Below are positions 13,339 through 25,400 of a stretch of DNA of 64,000 nt, piece after piece (the first letter of the stretch is position 1; every line of letters starts with the position of its first letter). A program made the translations under genes and the position numbers. Source of the stretch: Octopus sinensis (taxonomy: Eukaryota). The DNA lies in the NCBI RefSeq assembly GCF_006345805.1, contig NC_043005.1:85746001-85810000 (forward strand), given 5' to 3'. The notes beneath the pieces are model-generated. The model ran no database searches. It saw nothing but the letters and a program-made list of their open reading frames with translations, and was not told where the DNA came from.

Positions 13339-13930
13339 TTATAAATGAGGGGGAAAAATCGATATTAATTTAATAATACCATTAATTTAACACCAAGTGG
13401 CTTAGCACAAAAAACTACGGAGAAAATACAAATTTATACATAAATTATTAGAGAGTTATCCACTATGTGGATTTCCGACCCTGCCAAGGTAATATCTGAC
13501 CTAAAATTTTCAAATCATCGCACTCGCGCCAAATTTTGGCAGGGTCGGAAATGTCTCGTGTAAATATCTGTTCCGACTTGGGCTATTTCTTACTGAAGAA
13601 TCTGAGGGCCTATGGAAGATTGGCTTGATTTAATTTAATCAGGTTAGTTTGCCATTAAACAGCAGATGAAACGGTGCATCGTATAAGAAATTACAGGGTA
13701 AATGTTTTTTAAATTTTCTCCTGTTTACGGAATTGATTTTTATTTGCGGTTGAAGCTTTGGCTGTTATTTCTAGTGGGTGAATGGCCTATTATGGCCGTT
13801 CCTTGATTGTTGATATTGAACTTAAAAATGGTCTATGACTATTTAATTTTTTCCCACTAGGCCGCTGGTGGCAAAAGAATTCTACAAAATTTTTTTTGCC
13901 ACCCTATATTGATTAATTATGTATATATAT
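13335..13930. repeat. Unclassified interspersed repeat (possibly PLE-derived) between (TA)n runs
   Basis: 13536-13930 is a near-identical reverse complement of ~39190-39562, and it contains a 17-bp inverted repeat at 13471-13487 / 13536-13552. Confidence 0.7.
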
Positions 13931-14948
13931 ATATATATATATATAAATATAAATATATATAGACAGATATTATTGTGTTTGGCACACACATATGTCTCTG
14001 TGTACGTATATATGGATGCTAGTAGGTTTAAGGAGAGATATCCAAAACACTAAATTTAATCAGTAAACACTGATATACATAATGATGATTCCTTGGGTTT
14101 TCACACAATGTAATAAGCCCCATATGATATATAAATATTATATGTCCAATTATCCTATTTCAAAACGACCGTATTATTTCCTTACCCAGCATAAATGTTT
14201 GTATCATTACTACGGAAAACAAAAACTAAAGTAAAGTTTTTTGTGGCAGTCCCTGTTGGGATCATTGCTACTGTTGTTTTGCCCCAGGCAACATCCTCTC
14301 CAGCTGGTTATACGACACAAATCTATGTCCTTATATTTTAGAACAGGGAAGTTTAGTACCCCCACCCAGTATCTGTGGACCGCACGGTTTCAGTGTTATT
14401 TCGCTTCGTCGGCACAGAATAACACTTTAGCTGAGATGGCGCTTGTAAATCCCCGTTCGAAAATATATATAATTTTGTAAGTGACACACTGTTAATGATC
14501 TAAGAATAAAAATGTTATTGTTCCTAAACCTCTCAATGAGAGATATTCAGTATCAGTACTTTAAATTGAAGGTATAGACAGTTCCAACAGGAACTGCCAC
14601 GTTAGGTTGGCAAATAACCTTTACCTTAAAGCACTGCTACTGAATATCTTTCGTTGAGAGATTTAAGAACAAGAATGAAACACTTGTGGGGAATATCCCC
14701 ATCTTCAGTCATCTCTACGTAAATACATACATAAGTGCATACATACATAAATACATACATACATATACACACACATATATATATATATACATATATACAT
14801 ACATACATACATACATATATATATATATACATACATATATATATTTATATACACATACATACATATATTTACATACACATACATACATATATATACATAC
14901 ACATACATACATATATATACATACACAGACATACATATATATACACAT

Positions 14949-15018
<70 letters not shown>

Positions 15019-15639
15019 TATAAATATATGCTCACACATTCGTACATTTATACATACGCTCACAAACACACACACATTTAATATAATTAAATTAATATCG
15101 AAGATTTTGTCGGACAAACTGACATTTAACAAGGTGACCAATCATTTTACTGACACATTATATAAAATGGTTGGGACTTTAAGATCAGTTTCTCCCCTAA
15201 TTATGAGCAATGTTTCCTGAGACATAGGAAACTGAAAAGAAGTTTAAAATTAATAGACTTTTAAAATCAATCTTTTATTTAAACATATGATATTGCCAGA
15301 AAACTCTTATTCCTGTTTAATAGATTGTTTTTAGTTTGACTTAGGTAAAACTCCATTAATGAACATAAATAATGTGTTACTTCTTATTTCGTGCAAAACG
15401 AAGTTTAGAAACAAATACCTGAGGTAACGTGTCTCACTAAATATATAATTATACGTTCAGAGAGTAACGGTTATTTACCAGCAAATTTAGAACCCTAAAC
15501 GCCATGTACAAAACTTGAGGTAAATACGTAGTGCTATATACGCCGAAAGAAAGTCTTAATTTGGTATCTGTAAAAGGAGTGGCAAAAATTGGGGAACTAT
15601 GACTTTGAAATATACTTTAATCCAAAGCGATTCAGTTTT

Positions 15640-15935
15640 CCCAATCTGAAGCTGAAGTCTGTCTTCAAGAAAGAAGAAATGAAGCGACACGAATGAGAGC
15701 GATCCTGTGACCTATGTCTGTTGAAGAACAGTCTCTTGCTATTTTCCGGACTATATGGTCTGTAGTTGAGAGCAGAATGATAAATGGGAATAAAACCAAA
15801 TAATGTAACGTTTGCACTACTGAGAATGGTCGTTTCCTCACGAAAACTACAGACAGTCTGGATCCAAAATCAAAACTAATGTCGAAATGCCACCACGAGA
15901 ACAATTTCATGTTTGAGACAAATTATAAAGGATAA
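15640..15935 (+). pseudogene. Degenerate C-terminus of a Penelope-like GIY-YIG endonuclease (second PLE lineage)
   Basis: CNVCTTENGRFL...KSKLMSKCHHENNFMF matches the C-x2-C-x2-EK...SKCRH-x-NKF ending I recall for one PLE group. Multiple stops. Confidence 0.55.
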
Positions 15936-16119
15936 CATTAAGGAAGATTTGAAAATGTAACATGTTTGGAATTTTGCAACTAGCTATCCGTTAGGATAGA
16001 CGAATATATTGGAAGACACGGTACGCGAGAATAGCCGTTGGGAATGAAAACTTAATTATGAAATAAATAAATTTATAAATTACAACTAATAATTTAAAAA
16101 TAAATAATAATGGATGTTG

Positions 16120-16325
16120 TTAATAATCTTTTTAACCTGAGGCACAAAGCCTGATTTTCTTTCGGGGTGAGGATAGTCGGTTACATCGACCCCAGTGCAT
16201 GACTGGTACTCTTTACATCGTCTCCAAAAGGATGAAAGGCAAAGTCGACCTCGGCGGAATTTGAACTTAGAACGTAAAAACGGACGAAATACCGCTAAGC
16301 ATTTCGCCGGGCGTGCTAACGATGT
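16120..16325 (-). mobile_element. SINE family B
   Basis: Reverse complement of the family B head and body. Confidence 0.8.
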
Positions 16326-16359
16326 TGTTAATAATGATAATAATAATAAAGTTGATAAA

Positions 16360-16530
16360 AGGCGGCGAGCTGACAGAAACGTTAGCACGCCGGGCGAAAT
16401 GCTTGGTGGTATATCGTCTGCCGCTACTTTCTGAGTTCAAATTCCGCCGAGGTCGACTTTGCTTTTCATCCTTTCAGGGTCGATAAATTAAGTACCAGTT
16501 GCGTACTTCGGTCGATCTAATCGGCTGGTT
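16360..16530 (+). mobile_element. SINE family B (head-to-head with the previous copy)
   Basis: AGGCGGCGAGCTGACAGAAACGTTAGCACGCCGGGCGAAATGC...GAGTTCAAATTCC. Confidence 0.8.
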
Positions 16531-16534
16531 CCCC

Positions 16535-16652
16535 AAACAGATCTACCAAATCCACTCACAAGTCTTGGTCGGCCCGAGGCTATAGTTGAAGACACTGAAC
16601 CCGGAACCATGTGGTTGGTAAGCAAGCTACTTACCACACAGCCACTCCTGGG
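16535..16652 (-). mobile_element. SINE family A, internally deleted
   Basis: GAACCCGGAACCATGTGGTTGGTAAGCAAGCTACTTACCACACAGCCACTCCTG. Confidence 0.8.
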
Positions 16653-17917
16653 TCTACATATATTCATATATTCTTGTATACATATACATATATAATTGAC
16701 TTGCACGCAAAGGTACTGACCCAGGAACCATGAGGTTGGAAAGCTAGCTCCTTTCCACATAGCTACAAGGATTCATTTTAGATGCTCCCTCCCTTTCGTT
16801 GTCTCTTGTTCTTTTAACCTCACACTCTGCATTGACATAAAATAGTTAATAGTCTAAAATATTACATTTTATCCTAATTTTGCATAAAAACATATATTAA
16901 TTAACTCCTATAACATATTTACTGCAGAACCATTCTGAGTATTTCATGGTTGAAATAAGCGCTTGGATTTTAATTCGTGAATGCGAGCGAAATGCATGTA
17001 CATTATTTGCGCTGTATGTATAATGTATTTCTCATTTATTTACGTTCGGCATGTCGCCACTGATGATCCGAAAAGGTTTTTAAGAACTCATACTGTGCAA
17101 TCTATAGATTTGAGACTATCCAAATTATTTTATAAATCCTCGCTGTGTTTTCCTCGCTTACAACCTTGTGTAGTAGAGTTATAATCTAAGTGGTTCATAA
17201 CCCATTTGGCGTCTATTTCTAGCAGACTGGTGTTGTAACCATTCAGCACTCTTATTATAATTTTAATAAAAATTAACCATTATGGTATTTTTAGTATGCT
17301 GGCCACAGATAAATCATTAAATAATGATTTTATCCCAATTATGTTTAAAATATAACGATAACATGCAATGAAACCTTAGAATGTCAATCGATTTGTTGTT
17401 GTCGTCTGCAGACGTGACTTTGTTCATAATACCGGATATCAATATATCTTATTAGCATTAATTATGATATTGAGTGACAGGATTAAAGTCTAAGATCAAT
17501 GAAGATTTAACACGTAAGAAGATTTCAGTGGATTATTTTTATTCAGAGTTAAAGAAACCAGGGGAAAAGTCTAAAATTATAGATTTAAAATAACGAATTT
17601 TGATTCATTTTGTTTTCTGTATGATCAAATAAACGTACATATATATTCCATAGTCTGTATGTTTAAACATTTTATTTTAAATGGAAATGTTATGCAAAAT
17701 AAAACTTGACTTCAATTTATTAATTTATCGTCTTACATTTATAGTTTTACGTTAGTTAGAAAGAATTTTAACATCATATTCAAAAAAGATATTTTAACTT
17801 ATTACTCATTGAAAAAAAAAATCTCCGACGGAACACGGAGTCCATTAAGAATTTAAATTTCACTAAAATAAAAAGTATACATAATACATACATACATATA
17901 GTTTTACTAGATGTATA

Positions 17918-17973
<56 letters not shown>

Positions 17974-18004
17974 TGTTAAAAGTGGTGTACAGATATTGTA
18001 TATT

Positions 18005-18550
18005 GAAAAAAAAAGAGACAGAATTTTGGATAATCATTTTTAGCGCTTTCGTACGTTTTCGAACTTGTCAAGGCAAAACCAACATCAAAATGGTAAAAAC
18101 ACAATGTTTCATTCTCCCTTTTTATGAATCGGGTGTTTTTTAAAATTTTGTTTAGAAGAGGAGAATATTGTTTAGTTTCTTGGGGAAAAGGGAGGGAGAG
18201 AGAGAGACACTCAAGAGAGACACTCAGGACACTCAAGAGAGAGGAGAAAAAGTGATAATAATAAAGGATGGGGAAATGATAGATAGACAGAGAGAGGGGG
18301 TTTCTTTTCAATTTGGTGTGGTCAGTTCATTTAAACTTCATTTCAAATTGAAAAGAAACTCTCTCTCTCTCTCTCTCACTCTATCTCTATATCTCTTTTC
18401 CTCAGCCTTTAATATTATTATTATGTTATCCTCTTTCTTGATTGTCAATCGTTCTGTTTTTACCATTTTGAATTTGATTTTGTTTTGACAAGTTCGCAAA
18501 GCGAACGAAAGCGCTAAAATATGATTATCCAAAATTCTGACTCCTTTTTC
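18005..18550. mobile_element. Imperfect fold-back/MITE with ~100-bp terminal inverted repeats
   Basis: ~18005-18101 is an inverted match to ~18450-18550, and there is an inner perfect 16-bp IR at 18300-18315 / 18344-18359. Confidence 0.65.
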
Positions 18551-18569
18551 TCAGTATTTATAATATATG

Positions 18570-18625
<56 letters not shown>

Positions 18626-19139
18626 CATTGATCACATTGACCGACTAGTCCGTCGGGCGTCCATTTGATGCCGCTGCTCACAGCACCAGCACGCTGTCCA
18701 CTCCTCTCTGGATCGCATACAGGGTTCAGGTTAGGTTTGACGAATCTTGTAGCACTTTTTCACGAACAGCTGGATATATTGATGAGCGGTCAACGGTGTT
18801 GAAGAGCATCAAAAATAAAGTTTTAGTTCAGTTAGCTAACATGGAGGTCTGGAAAACATCTTAATAGTGGAAAAGAGTTACCTGTGCCATAATGGTTCGC
18901 GCCGGGGATCAAAATGCCGACGTCATAACTATTGCTAAATATTCTGTAAACAGTGTAAAAGCTGCAAGACAGCTGCAACTAAAGTTACAAAGCCGTGGCC
19001 AGCAGGAGGAGACATAACTGACGTTCTGGCTGCCTCCACCCGTCCCAGACCTTTGGACAGGATTAGAATTAGAGTTAGGCTTAGATGTCAGGATTAGGGT
19101 TAGGGCTAGGTAGAATTCAGACAGCTATATGAAGTTATT

Positions 19140-19340
19140 TATTTTTTTATTGCCTACATGGAGCTAAACATAGAGGGGACAATCAAGGACAGACAAAAGG
19201 ATTAAGACGATTACATCGACTCCAGTGCGTAACTGGTACTTAATTTAGACCCCGAAAGGATGAAAGGCAAAGTCGACCTCGGTGGAATTTGAACTCAGAA
19301 CGTAATGGCAGACGAAATACTGCTAAGTATTTCGCCCGGC
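19140..19340 (-). mobile_element. SINE family B with a Tx1-like 3' tail
   Basis: Family B head and body; tail GTCCCCTCTATGTTTAGCTCCATGTAGGCAATAAAAAAAT. Confidence 0.8.
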
Positions 19341-19394
19341 GCGCAAATGATATATATATATATTCATGCAAATCTAAAATTTGCATGTGTATAC

Positions 19395-19587
19395 AAGATC
19401 ATCATAGATCTTCCTCCATGTATAAGAGTTGGAAGAAGGCACTTTGGGTCAGATGGTTCTTTTGGCTGTCTCCACACGTATACTTGGCCGGTGGTCGGCA
19501 ATAAGGTAAATGATGACTCGGCCAAGAGAATAACATTCTTCCACTGCTCTAGGACCAATTCTGTAGGTTTTGACTCCACTCTAAATG
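19395..19587 (-). mobile_element. Tc1 transposase fragment (same family as 20939-22199)
   Basis: WKNVILLAESSFTLLPTTGQVYVWRQPKE...HGGRSMMI, with nucleotide similarity to ~21440-21630. Confidence 0.75.
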
Positions 19588-19605
19588 TATGTATGTTGTG
19601 TATAT

Positions 19606-19676
<71 letters not shown>

Positions 19677-19680
<4 letters not shown>

Positions 19681-19880
19681 ATCCAAACAAGAAAACACAA
19701 AAAAAAAACACACCAACGCGAGGACGTGGAACAAATAAAATATTATTGGACGCTCAGGAAAGAAGGGAAGAAGGAGGGTTTAACGTTTCGAGCGGAGCTC
19801 TTCGTCGGAAACATAGGAGATGGAAAGATCCCGAGAAGGGAAGACAGAGGGAAAAATAATCGCGGTACTCACGAGGTCAC
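19677..19880 (-). mobile_element. ~205-bp PLE-related short element with a hammerhead-like motif, in (TA)n
   Basis: Homologous end-to-end with 47463-47672; contains CCGACGA-A-GAGC-TCC-GCTC-GAAACGTT. Confidence 0.65.
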
Positions 19881-20114
19881 ATATATATATATACACACAT
19901 ACAAATATATATGTTAATCTTTGTCTTAATGTTCAGTAATAAAAAAGAAACAATTTTAGATTAATCTGATTGGTTATTCTATACATTTGTAAAGTACACA
20001 TTTATTATCCTTAAACAACAACTTTTCTCTAGTTACATTGTATTTTTCTCTCAACTATTTCTAGGTCTAGGTTTATCTAATAACCTAGAAGTAGAAATAA
20101 TTGAGAGAAAATAC

Positions 20115-20200
20115 AATGTATTTCCCTTCATAGCAGAATTAATAGTCAAGACTATTTAAGCATTTTATCTTATCAAATTCATCTTATGTTTGTGAAACTG
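20115..20200 (+). mobile_element. Tc1 transposase fragment, inverted relative to the nearby full element
   Basis: ISLHSRINSQDYLSILSYQIHLMFVKL versus MVSLHGRIDSQGYLSILSDRIYPMFVEL in the full copy. Confidence 0.65.
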
Positions 20201-20874
20201 TATATATAAAATATAAAATCAATATAAAATCATACAATATCTGTATGATTTTCCCCTCTGTATCATATTATATTTAATCTCCTCTTCAACCACAGCAATC
20301 CACTATTTAGTTTTTTTATATCTTGCTAAATCTCCCAACTTCCTCCCATCGTAAACCGTTTTATCAAGTTTATTTGTTATTGCCTTCCATATATCAACAT
20401 TTTTGAAAGTTGACTCGGTATTCTGCTGAATGGGAGTAACTGAGATACGTTGACATGATGAGCAAGAAGTTTGCTGCCTGTGAGAATTTATAAATTATTC
20501 AACTATATTATATAATTTATATTTTATACATTAATATAGGCATATAAAATATAGTATTTATTATACACTAAAATGAATTATTTTTATCTGATAAAGGCTA
20601 CGAAATGATCGTTCTTATATGGAATGTCAACTGTGAAATAAATATATTCATCTTATATCTCCTTTGTTTCTTTATATTTTATACAGTCCGAATGAAATAA
20701 ACATTACCAGCTGGATTTATTGCGTTTCAACTGCATCGGATGCTACATTACTTCGGTTTGTGTTCTTTTGGCTTACAATGCGGTTTGTTGCCTGATCCAT
20801 CAAAAAGCCTTTTTTATGAGTACCATTGGATTGGTTAAATCCATATATTGTGCATTAAATTGCATGAATATATA

Positions 20875-20908
<34 letters not shown>

Positions 20909-20938
20909 TAATATATATATATTATATATATATACATA

Positions 20939-22199
20939 CCGGGTTGGACAAAATAATGGAAACACCTTAAGATTTCAAACAAATTACTTTAATATGGGGT
21001 AGTACCGCCTTTATCAGAAATTATGGCTCGAAATCTACGAGGTATGGACTCGTACAAAGTTTGAATTGTTTTCAAAGGAATTTTAGTCCATTTTTCAGCT
21101 AAAACAGTCTCCAGTTAATGTAGTGATGATGGTGGGGGATAACGACTTCTTACTTTTTTTTCTAAAATGCACCATATATGTTCAATAATATTGAGATATG
21201 GGGATTGTGGTGGCCAGATAAGATGTTCAACTTCACTAGAGTGTTCCTCGTGTCATTCAGTAACATCTTTAGCTGTGTGGATTGGTGTGTTATCATCCTG
21301 AAAGATTGCGCTTCTCTGCGGAAACAGTTCCACAAACATAGGATAAATTCGATCAGATAAAATGCTTAAATAGCCTTGACTATCAATTCTGCCATGAAGG
21401 GAAACCATTGGGCCGGCGGATTTCCAAGATATAGCCCCCACCCCGATCATCACAGATCCTCCTCCATGTTTGAATTGGAAGAAGGCTGTCCGGGTCAAAT
21501 GCTTCTTTTAGCTCTCTCCACACGTATACTTGGCCGGTGGTCGGAAATAAGGTAAAGGATGACTCGTCCGAGAAAATAACCTTCCACTACTCTAGGGATC
21601 AATTCTGTAGGTTTTTACTCCACTCTAAACGCTTTGTAACGTTTGCTTTTGAAAGTAGTGGTTCTCTGATTACAGCCCTCCTGTGAAATCCAGCTTTGTG
21701 CAGCTCCCATCGAACAGTTTTTGTGGAAACTGGGTTCTCGGGGTGGTCATTAAGCCCTGCAGCAGTTTTGGGAGCTGTACTTTTGTGATCCTTTCTAACA
21801 ATTCGCGTACGAATCTGACGATCCTTATCTGAAAGTTTTGGTTTTCTTCCGAGGTTTTGTTTCGACGAGGAGGTTTTTCCCTCTTTCTCAAAGGCTGTCT
21901 TTACATTAGAGACAGTACACCAAACATTTCAGCTGTTATCGTTACGCTAGTGCCTGCCATATGAGAACCAACAATTTGACCTCTTTGAAAGTCCGATAGA
22001 TCTATCATTTTAATGAATTTTAATTACCTTTCTCTGATATTATCTAAAAAAAGAAACAACAATTTTAGCAAATCATATTAAGCAACACTAATAATAAATA
22101 AAAAAACCTAAAAATAAAAAAAGCTTTCGTCGGTTTTATAGATATTTAAAAATTATGATAGTATGATGCTAGGTGTTTCCATTATTTTATCCAACCCTG
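20939..22199 (-). mobile_element. Full-length but decayed Tc1/mariner (DD34E-type) DNA transposon
   Basis: 29-bp TIRs C(C/A)GGGTTGGA(C/T)AAAATAATGGAAACACCT at 20939-20967 and 22171-22199 with TA on both sides. Transposase motifs KHGGGSVM, FQDDNTPIH and WPPQSPYLNIIEHIW are present with stops and frameshifts. Confidence 0.92.
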
Positions 22200-22225
22200 T
22201 ATTATATATATATAATATATTATTA

Positions 22226-22273
<48 letters not shown>

Positions 22274-22288
22274 AATATATATATATAT

Positions 22289-22331
<43 letters not shown>

Positions 22332-22389
22332 TATACATACATATATATACATATATACATATATATACATATATGCATATATATCACAC

Positions 22390-22463
<74 letters not shown>

Positions 22464-22661
22464 GTATACGAGTGAGTAGACAAACGAAAGAAGGGCACTT
22501 GCCACATTTATTGGAAGTTACGTGTATAGATCAAAACAGTTTGATTCACATTCCTTGGTACTCTGAGTTTCAAGCACGTGGCTAGCCTTCGGCCATTGGG
22601 GCCTCTCTCTGTCTTGCTGCCCGTGTCTCTCTATCTGTTTCTCTCTCTCACTATATATCTA

Positions 22662-22722
<61 letters not shown>

Positions 22723-22733
22723 GCATACATACA

Positions 22734-22770
<37 letters not shown>

Positions 22771-23040
22771 GAAGAATTCTTTATTTTAAATGTTGAGCCA
22801 AACCCAGCTACAATGTTACACAAGTATAAAGGGGGAAACAAGAACAAAAATTCAGAGTGGGTTACAGAAGCCTTATTAGAAATTAGAGCCATGATCTAAA
22901 GGTTTAGCTATCAAAGTACAATTAGAAGGCCAATTAACAGGAGAACGAAACGAAGGTATGTATATATATATATATATATATTTCGTTTTCGGATTTGGTT
23001 TGCAATATTCTTTATATGAGTTCGTGTGTTGAAGCATATT

Positions 23041-23303
23041 CTGTTGTGTCTGGGGAGAGTCATTCACTTTTAGTGCCTTATTATTTAACACACTCACCGG
23101 TAAAATTTCCACTTATTTCTTATTTTATTTTTCCTAAAATTTTCGTTGCGTCTCGCAACCTTTTCAATAGTCTTGATCCAAGAGTCAGGTTGCAAGACGC
23201 AACGAAAATTTTAGAAAATAAAAATAAGAAATAAGTGGAAATTTTACCGGTGAGTGTGTTAATAATAAGTCACTAAAAGAGAATGACTCTCCCCAGACAC
23301 AAC

Positions 23304-23305
<2 letters not shown>
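23041..23305. mobile_element. Long near-perfect palindrome (MITE/fold-back)
   Basis: Arms 23041-23160 and 23188-23305 (~120 bp, few mismatches) with a 27-nt loop, adjacent to (TA)n. Confidence 0.8.
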
Positions 23306-23366
<61 letters not shown>

Positions 23367-23789
23367 GTGTGTGTGTGTGTGTGTGTGTGTGTGTTTAAAG
23401 TGATATGTCCCAAAATGGTTTCACGGGATATATAACCATGGCGGTTACCGTGTTAACTCTTAAATCGGTTGTCAATGCTGGCTAGCCACAGTGAATGTTG
23501 GTGATATTCAAGTTCGTGAAACTTTACTAGACTCGGCAATTATCCTCGCTTAGTAAATCCGACTGTCCTTCTATTGACTGCATAATATCTGTAGAAGAAA
23601 TGATGAAATTAATGTAGATCAGGAGAATGGAGATTTGCACATCTTTGCATGGACCAAGCGAAGAACGATGTACATAACTCTATGATAAAATATGGATGTG
23701 CAAATCTCCATCTTCCTGGTGCTCCAGCATGGCTGCAGCCGCATCGCTGGATCGACTAAATGAATACTAAAAGGGTAAAAGAATACATG

Positions 23790-23842
<53 letters not shown>

Positions 23843-23845
23843 TTG

Positions 23846-23894
<49 letters not shown>

Positions 23895-25076
23895 ATTTAT
23901 CTGTCTCGCTCTCTCTCTCTCTTTCGCTCTCTCTCTCTCTCTATCTATCTATCTGTCTGTCTATCTATCTATAGTTATATATGTATCTATATCATACAAT
24001 TGAAAAGTGTATACATTACTTACATAATAGCTATATAACCAAACACGCAAACCGACACCCTCTCTCTCTCTCTTTCTCTGTATGCATATATAAATATGTA
24101 TACATAAATACATACATACATTCATACCACACACATATACATACATACGTGCTTGTGTGTGCATATATGCATGCATACATAGAAATTCCTCGGCTCACAT
24201 AAACAAACAAAACCTCACAATCACATCGAATGAAATAAACAAGCCACAGAAATATGCATATTTACAAGAAAGTTTTTATATAATCAAATACTTCCACTCA
24301 TATTTAATATGGCAATATATTAGCTCCAAAAAGTAGAAAGCACATAAAAAAATACAAAGCGTCTAATCTCCCAGAATGCCTTGGACCATAATTCACAGTG
24401 ACGTTTCATGTTATCTTTAGACGGAAATTGTTATTGGAAGCGATTTCAGGAAATGTTTGAAGGAAATTGATATCGCATCCAACACCAAGAATATTCATTG
24501 CACTTTTTATTGGCAACACGTCTTAACATTCTCGATCACGGCATTCGTTGCCACATATTTAGCTATTGTCACGCGGTTCCTGTTGTCAGTATTCTCGCCG
24601 TCATGTGGGTTATGCTTGCGATGAAAGACACGCATATAGATGACATCGTAACATTGTTAACGTGTCAGATAGACGTGCTTCTTATCGAAAAATTTCTCAC
24701 GGGTTTTGCGGTGATTTGCTGAGCGCACAGAAACGCAGCAATGGCTGACTAGCAAATAAGTTTTACGTTGCAAGGACGAAATTCCACATTAGGTCTCATT
24801 GCGCGTTACCTTCGTTATATGTCTTGTACGATAGACTCATTACGTAGTTACATCCACACGCACACTCAGGCACACGTACACACACACACACATCTCTCTC
24901 TCTCTCTCACTATCTGTCTGTCTGTCTGTCTGTATGTATGTATCTCTCTCTCTATACATATTTATCTATCTCTTTGTCTATCAGTATATATCTCTCTCTA
25001 TCTTTCTGTATATCTCTGAATGTCTCTCTATCTAACTATCTATCTATGTATCTATCTATCTATGTATGTATGTATG

Positions 25077-25157
<81 letters not shown>

Positions 25158-25363
25158 GTCAGTCTGTCTGTCTATCTATCTATCGTTCTATTTATCTCTG
25201 AATGTTTGTCTAACTCTCTCTCTCTCTCTGTCTCTCTCTCTCTATCTACCTATCTGTCTGTCTGTCTATCTATCTCTTTATAGATCGGTCCGTCATTTCA
25301 TCTAACTTCTATATATATGCCCACATCCGCGCACGCACGCACGCACGCACGCATACCCAACCC

Positions 25364-25400
<37 letters not shown>

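Noticed and set aside
19067-19110. Interstitial telomere (TTAGGG-like)
   Set aside because: Only two or three exact units within a short degenerate run; more likely part of a repeat.
20034-20120. ~29-bp-arm hairpin
   Set aside because: Short, AT-rich and overlapping Tc1 debris; likely a by-product of the inverted Tc1 fragment.
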